Shown in pieces: positions 60,479 to 64,000 of a stretch of 64,000 nucleotides of DNA. A program made the position numbers and the translations under genes. Position 1 is the stretch's first letter. Each line of letters begins with the position of its first letter. The stretch is from the NCBI GenBank assembly GCA_965602015.1, contig OZ271918.1:960001-1024000 (forward strand), given 5' to 3'. Origin of the DNA: Salinispira sp. (GTDB lineage: Bacteria > Spirochaetota > Spirochaetia > DSM-27196 > Salinispiraceae). The notes under the pieces are model-generated. The model was not told the origin of the DNA. It searched no databases and worked only from the letters and a program-made list of their open reading frames with translations.

Positions 60479-60495
60479 AGGGGCTGTCCACGATC

Positions 60496-61029
60496 CTAAA
60501 AATAGTAAAAAAGTACGGTTTGGGCGATGAACAGCAGGGCGGCCAGTACGATGCCGATGAGGAAAAACCGGTAGCTTGCCGCCAGATGCCGATATTTCTG
60601 GTTCTTGAGGACCATTCCGATCTGATAGATCTCCTTCACCTGGGTCTCGTAGGTTTGCTTATCGTTTTTCATCACATCTTCCATTGCACTGTAGTATTCC
60701 TCCAGGCTGAGATTGGTAAAATGCCCGAAAAACAGCGGATTGAAGTTTGCATCGAGCGATAATTTGCGCTTGCTGGAAGTAAAGCGCGGCTTGACGGCCA
60801 TAACCGCGGAAATCAGGGAAAGAAAGGAAAAAACGAACAGCGCGAGAAAGCCCCAAAATAAATTCTGCTGCTTAAAATTCGCAAATGAGAATGTCAGGAG
60901 GATACTGCTGGCGGCAATAATAATGTTTGCCTTTTGATCCGCCATAATGCTGAGGCTGACATGATGTTGCTGGGTGGTCCGAAGCAAATAACTAACCGCA
61001 TTGCTTTGCTTGATTTTTTCAAAACTCAT
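60496..61029 (-). CDS. Pycsar effector-family (PycTM/DUF5706-like) membrane protein
   Basis: LRTTQQHHVSLSIMADQKANII...VKPR...PLFFGHF...KYRHL..SY; 3 hydrophobic helices. Confidence 0.75.
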   Translation of the reverse strand: MSFEKIKQSNAVSYLLRTTQQHHVSLSIMADQKANIIIAASSILLTFSFANFKQQNLFWGFLALFVFSFLSLISAVMAVKPRFTSSKRKLSLDANFNPLFFGHFTNLSLEEYYSAMEDVMKNDKQTYETQVKEIYQIGMVLKNQKYRHLAASYRFFLIGIVLAALLFIAQTVLFYYF

Positions 61030-61089
61030 TTTTCCCTCTTTTTCTTACAATTTGGGTCAGCTTATACAATAATAGAATAGGATTAGGAG

Positions 61090-62046
61090 ATGGAGTTGTC
61101 AATATTCCGGAGAAAAGCTCAGACTTGGTTCAGTATTTCCTTGTTTACCGTGATTGTTAGTGTGTGCGCAGCTGCCGAATCGCTTTACTACTTCAGCCCG
61201 GAGGACGTCACTGTCGTCCTAGCCGGCGGGTCGGGACCCCTTGACGCCGTTATCTGGGTAGGTGGGGAAGCCGATAATCTGGGACCTGCAGCAGTGTCGG
61301 GATTGTTTGTTGAGGATGAAGTGGTCTACGCATCGGGTCGCCGCGGTCTTTTAAACCGGGCTGTAGTCTGGCAGAACCAGGAGCATCGGCGATTGACCGG
61401 GGGAGGGGCGGTTGTCAATGACATATGGGTGCTCGACGGAAGGGTTTATGCCGTCGGCAGCGTGGGCCTTCCGGAACGGGCCGCATACTGGATTGATGAC
61501 CGGATGTTCTTTCTGGAAGAGAACAATGCGGTATCGCTTCAGATCGCAGTTAGCAACAATCGGGTCTACACCGCGGGAAGCTCCGGTGATCTGGCATACC
61601 CCGGCATATGGATTGACGGCAGCTGGCAACCCCTCGAAGAGCGCAATGCGGTAATTTCCGATCTGTTTGTTGAAAACGATGTAGTCTACCTGGTAGGAGA
61701 GTACGGTCTAAATGCCCGGGCGGCATTGTGGATCGACGGCCGCATGCAGCTTATTGAAGACAGCGCAGCGGTCATCACCCATGTGTTTGTCGAAGATTCA
61801 ATGGTCTACATGGCGGGATTTTCCGGACCCCAAAGCATAGCGGCCTACTGGGTCGACGGTCGGCGTTTTGACTTGCCTGAGGACAGCGCCTTGATAAGCG
61901 ATATCTTCGTACTCGACGGCAGGGTTTACCTCAGCGGGGAGCACGGTTTGACAGGAAGGCCCTGCTTCTGGGTTGACGGCAGGCGCTACGATGTTTCCGA
62001 CCCCAATGCGGTAATCAGTCATATTTTTGCATATAGTGCACGATAG
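61090..62046 (+). CDS. Secreted 7-repeat (about 40 aa) beta-propeller-like protein
   Basis: Signal peptide; repeats of AV-x3-I-x-V-x-D-x-x-VY-x-x-G-x-x-G-x4-A-x-x-W-x-DG. Confidence 0.75.
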   Translation: MELSIFRRKAQTWFSISLFTVIVSVCAAAESLYYFSPEDVTVVLAGGSGPLDAVIWVGGEADNLGPAAVSGLFVEDEVVYASGRRGLLNRAVVWQNQEHRRLTGGGAVVNDIWVLDGRVYAVGSVGLPERAAYWIDDRMFFLEENNAVSLQIAVSNNRVYTAGSSGDLAYPGIWIDGSWQPLEERNAVISDLFVENDVVYLVGEYGLNARAALWIDGRMQLIEDSAAVITHVFVEDSMVYMAGFSGPQSIAAYWVDGRRFDLPEDSALISDIFVLDGRVYLSGEHGLTGRPCFWVDGRRYDVSDPNAVISHIFAYSAR

Positions 62047-62076
62047 GACGGCACACACTCCCCAAACTCCGTCTGT

Positions 62077-63858
62077 CTATGTGGCGAACGCCGCCTCACC
62101 GCTTTGAACCCGCCACAGGGCTTCATATATTCCCTGAAGCTTCACAAGCTCCTTATGGGTACCCTGTTCGGCCAGCCGGCCCTGTGAGAGGACAAAGATC
62201 CGGTCCGCATGCCGAATGGTGCTGAGACGGTGGGCAATGACGATGGTCGTTCTGCTATGGGCTATGCGGGCCAGGCTTTTCTGGATTGCCGCTTCGGTTT
62301 CGTTGTCGACGCTGGAGGTTGCTTCATCGAGCATAAGAATCGGGGCGTCTTTTAACAGGGCACGGGCGATACTGATCCGCTGGCGTTGGCCTCCCGAAAG
62401 CTTCTTTCCCCGTTCCCCCACCACCGTATCGTAGCCGTTGGCAAATTCGCTGATAAAGTCATGGGCTTCAGCCATGCGGGCTGCTTGAATTATCTGTTGT
62501 TCACGTGCTTGGGGGCTGCCGTATGCAATGTTTTCCCGAATGCTGCCGTGAAACAGGAAGACGTCCTGGCTCACCAAAGCGATGGCCCGGGACAGGTCGG
62601 CCAGCCGGTAATCCCGCAGGTCATGTCCGTCCAGCCGAATTGATCCTGAGCTAACATCGTAAAGTCGCAGAAGAAGCTTGATGAGGCTTGTCTTGCCCGC
62701 GCCCGTCGGGCCCACAATGCCTACCGTCCAGCCCGGAGCAATTTCCATGTTGAGATTATCAAGTACCCTCTCCCCGGAAGAGTACGAGAAACTGACTCCT
62801 TCAACGGTGAAATGACCTCGGGTATCTTCCGGAGAAAGGCTCCGCCGCCCGTCAACCAGATGCTCCTCCACATCCAAAAGCCCCATAATGCGGTTTACGC
62901 TGGCCATGGCCCTCTGATAAAGGTCGAAAGTCTGCCCCAGCCTGGTGAGGGGCCAGAGGAGCCGCTGAACGATATAAATCATCATGCTGTACAGTCCGAC
63001 GGCCGTGGCTCCATCCAAGGCCTGGAAGCCTGCCATGAGCATTATCGCCAGAAAGCTCGCGAGAATTATCATCCTAATCATCGGGATAAATGCGCTTGAG
63101 AGCCGGATGGTGGAAATGTTCGCCAGGCGGTAGGAATCAGACAGATTGCCGATTCGCTTATTCTCTAGTTCTTCCGTACCATAGCTCTTGATGGTGGCCA
63201 TTCCCTGGATATTATTTGCCAGCTGACCGCTTATCTCACCCGCTGAATCCCGCACGTTCCGGTATCGCGGCTCAAGAAATCTCTGGAACCACACGGACGC
63301 CCACACGATAAGAGGAATCGGGAGCACAGCTATCCATCCGATACCCGGCGCCACCACCAGATACATTCCGCCGATTACTGCTATGGTCGTCAACACCTGG
63401 ATGATGTCGTTGGCCCCGACATCAAGGAAGCGTTCGAGCTGATTCACGTCATCATTGAGAATGGTGATAAGCTGGCCCGTACTCTTGTCCTCAAAATACG
63501 CGTAGCGCTGATTCTGAAGCTGCCTGTAGGCGTCTCTTCGTATGTCGTGCTGCGTCTGCTGGGCGAGATTTTTCCATGCCAGGGAAAACAGATATTCAAA
63601 CACCGATTCCAGTATCCATACCAGGGCGGTGATGGCCGCGAGGATGATTAGCTGACCCCGCGGGTCGGGAAAACCGAAACCAGAGAGGAAGCTGTCTTCG
63701 CCGTTGACCACCACATCAATTGCGAATCCGATGAGGGCGGGCGGGGCAAGATCGAAGAGTTTGTTTAATACCGAGAACGCGCTTGCGGTGATAATCCGCG
63801 TGCGCTTCGGCCGAAGGTACTTCCAGAGCCTGGAAAGAGGGGGTTTCGGTGATTTCAT
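62077..63858 (-). CDS. ABC exporter (TMD+NBD, MsbA/Sav1866-like)
   Basis: GPTGAGKT, LSGGQ, MLDEATS, AHRLST. Confidence 0.92.
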   Translation of the reverse strand: MKSPKPPLSRLWKYLRPKRTRIITASAFSVLNKLFDLAPPALIGFAIDVVVNGEDSFLSGFGFPDPRGQLIILAAITALVWILESVFEYLFSLAWKNLAQQTQHDIRRDAYRQLQNQRYAYFEDKSTGQLITILNDDVNQLERFLDVGANDIIQVLTTIAVIGGMYLVVAPGIGWIAVLPIPLIVWASVWFQRFLEPRYRNVRDSAGEISGQLANNIQGMATIKSYGTEELENKRIGNLSDSYRLANISTIRLSSAFIPMIRMIILASFLAIMLMAGFQALDGATAVGLYSMMIYIVQRLLWPLTRLGQTFDLYQRAMASVNRIMGLLDVEEHLVDGRRSLSPEDTRGHFTVEGVSFSYSSGERVLDNLNMEIAPGWTVGIVGPTGAGKTSLIKLLLRLYDVSSGSIRLDGHDLRDYRLADLSRAIALVSQDVFLFHGSIRENIAYGSPQAREQQIIQAARMAEAHDFISEFANGYDTVVGERGKKLSGGQRQRISIARALLKDAPILMLDEATSSVDNETEAAIQKSLARIAHSRTTIVIAHRLSTIRHADRIFVLSQGRLAEQGTHKELVKLQGIYEALWRVQSGEAAFAT

Positions 63859-63962
63859 ATGTCTAAAATCTACGGATTTGCCTGCTTCCTGGCAAGTGCC
63901 CTCTTTGAAGCATTATAGTTGTCCATGTGCACTCAGACACTGGGGAATTGACCGGAGCTACC

Positions 63963-64000
63963 ATGAAAACAAAGAACAGATGGCTTCCAGCCGCCCTGTT
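63963..64000 (+). CDS. Start of a probable exported protein, truncated by the window edge
   Basis: GGAG RBS then MKTKNRWLPAAL. Confidence 0.4.
   Translation, partial: MKTKNRWLPAAL

Noticed and set aside
40321..61029. Cyclase plus PycTM-like gene as a canonical Pycsar system
   Set aside because: They are about 19 kb apart with core genes between them, and the cyclase keeps adenine-specifying Lys/Asp residues.

Overview
A gene-dense, moderately GC-rich bacterial chromosomal window. The gene content (spirochaete-type hypothetical proteins, lipoproteins, MCP and OmpA-type proteins) suggests a free-living spirochaete; this is inference. It has three parts. (1) An accessory-looking segment (1-10.5 kb) holds small stress and detoxification genes, a nonsense-interrupted NarX/PilJ-type chemoreceptor, a pseudogene remnant and a HepT/MntA toxin-antitoxin pair. 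It ends at tRNA-Arg(TCT), whose 3' side carries two degenerate tRNA 3' fragments, with tRNA-Pro(TGG) next to it. (2) A core-like segment (11-56 kb) holds mrp, nth, queG, pyrK/pyrD, a two-component cluster, a RecQ-like helicase, pepD, an EAL phosphodiesterase, a heterodimeric ABC exporter, a class III cyclase, coaX, metZ-osmC/cysM and acnA. (3) A second accessory-like segment (56.5-64 kb) holds AraC/GyrI genes, an ECF sigma/anti-sigma pair, an orphan Pycsar-type membrane effector, a 7-repeat beta-propeller and an ABC exporter. The best leads are an unannotated 33-aa leader peptide plus a C-rich/G-poor tract before the ABC exporter, tRNA 3' fragments with hairpin insertions in the T-loop, a 147-bp MITE-like element with a second end 47 kb away, the orphan PycTM-like effector, and a cyclase/2H-phosphoesterase divergon. 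No CRISPR array, integrase, transposase or rRNA was seen. All product calls come from motif recognition by eye, not from database searches.
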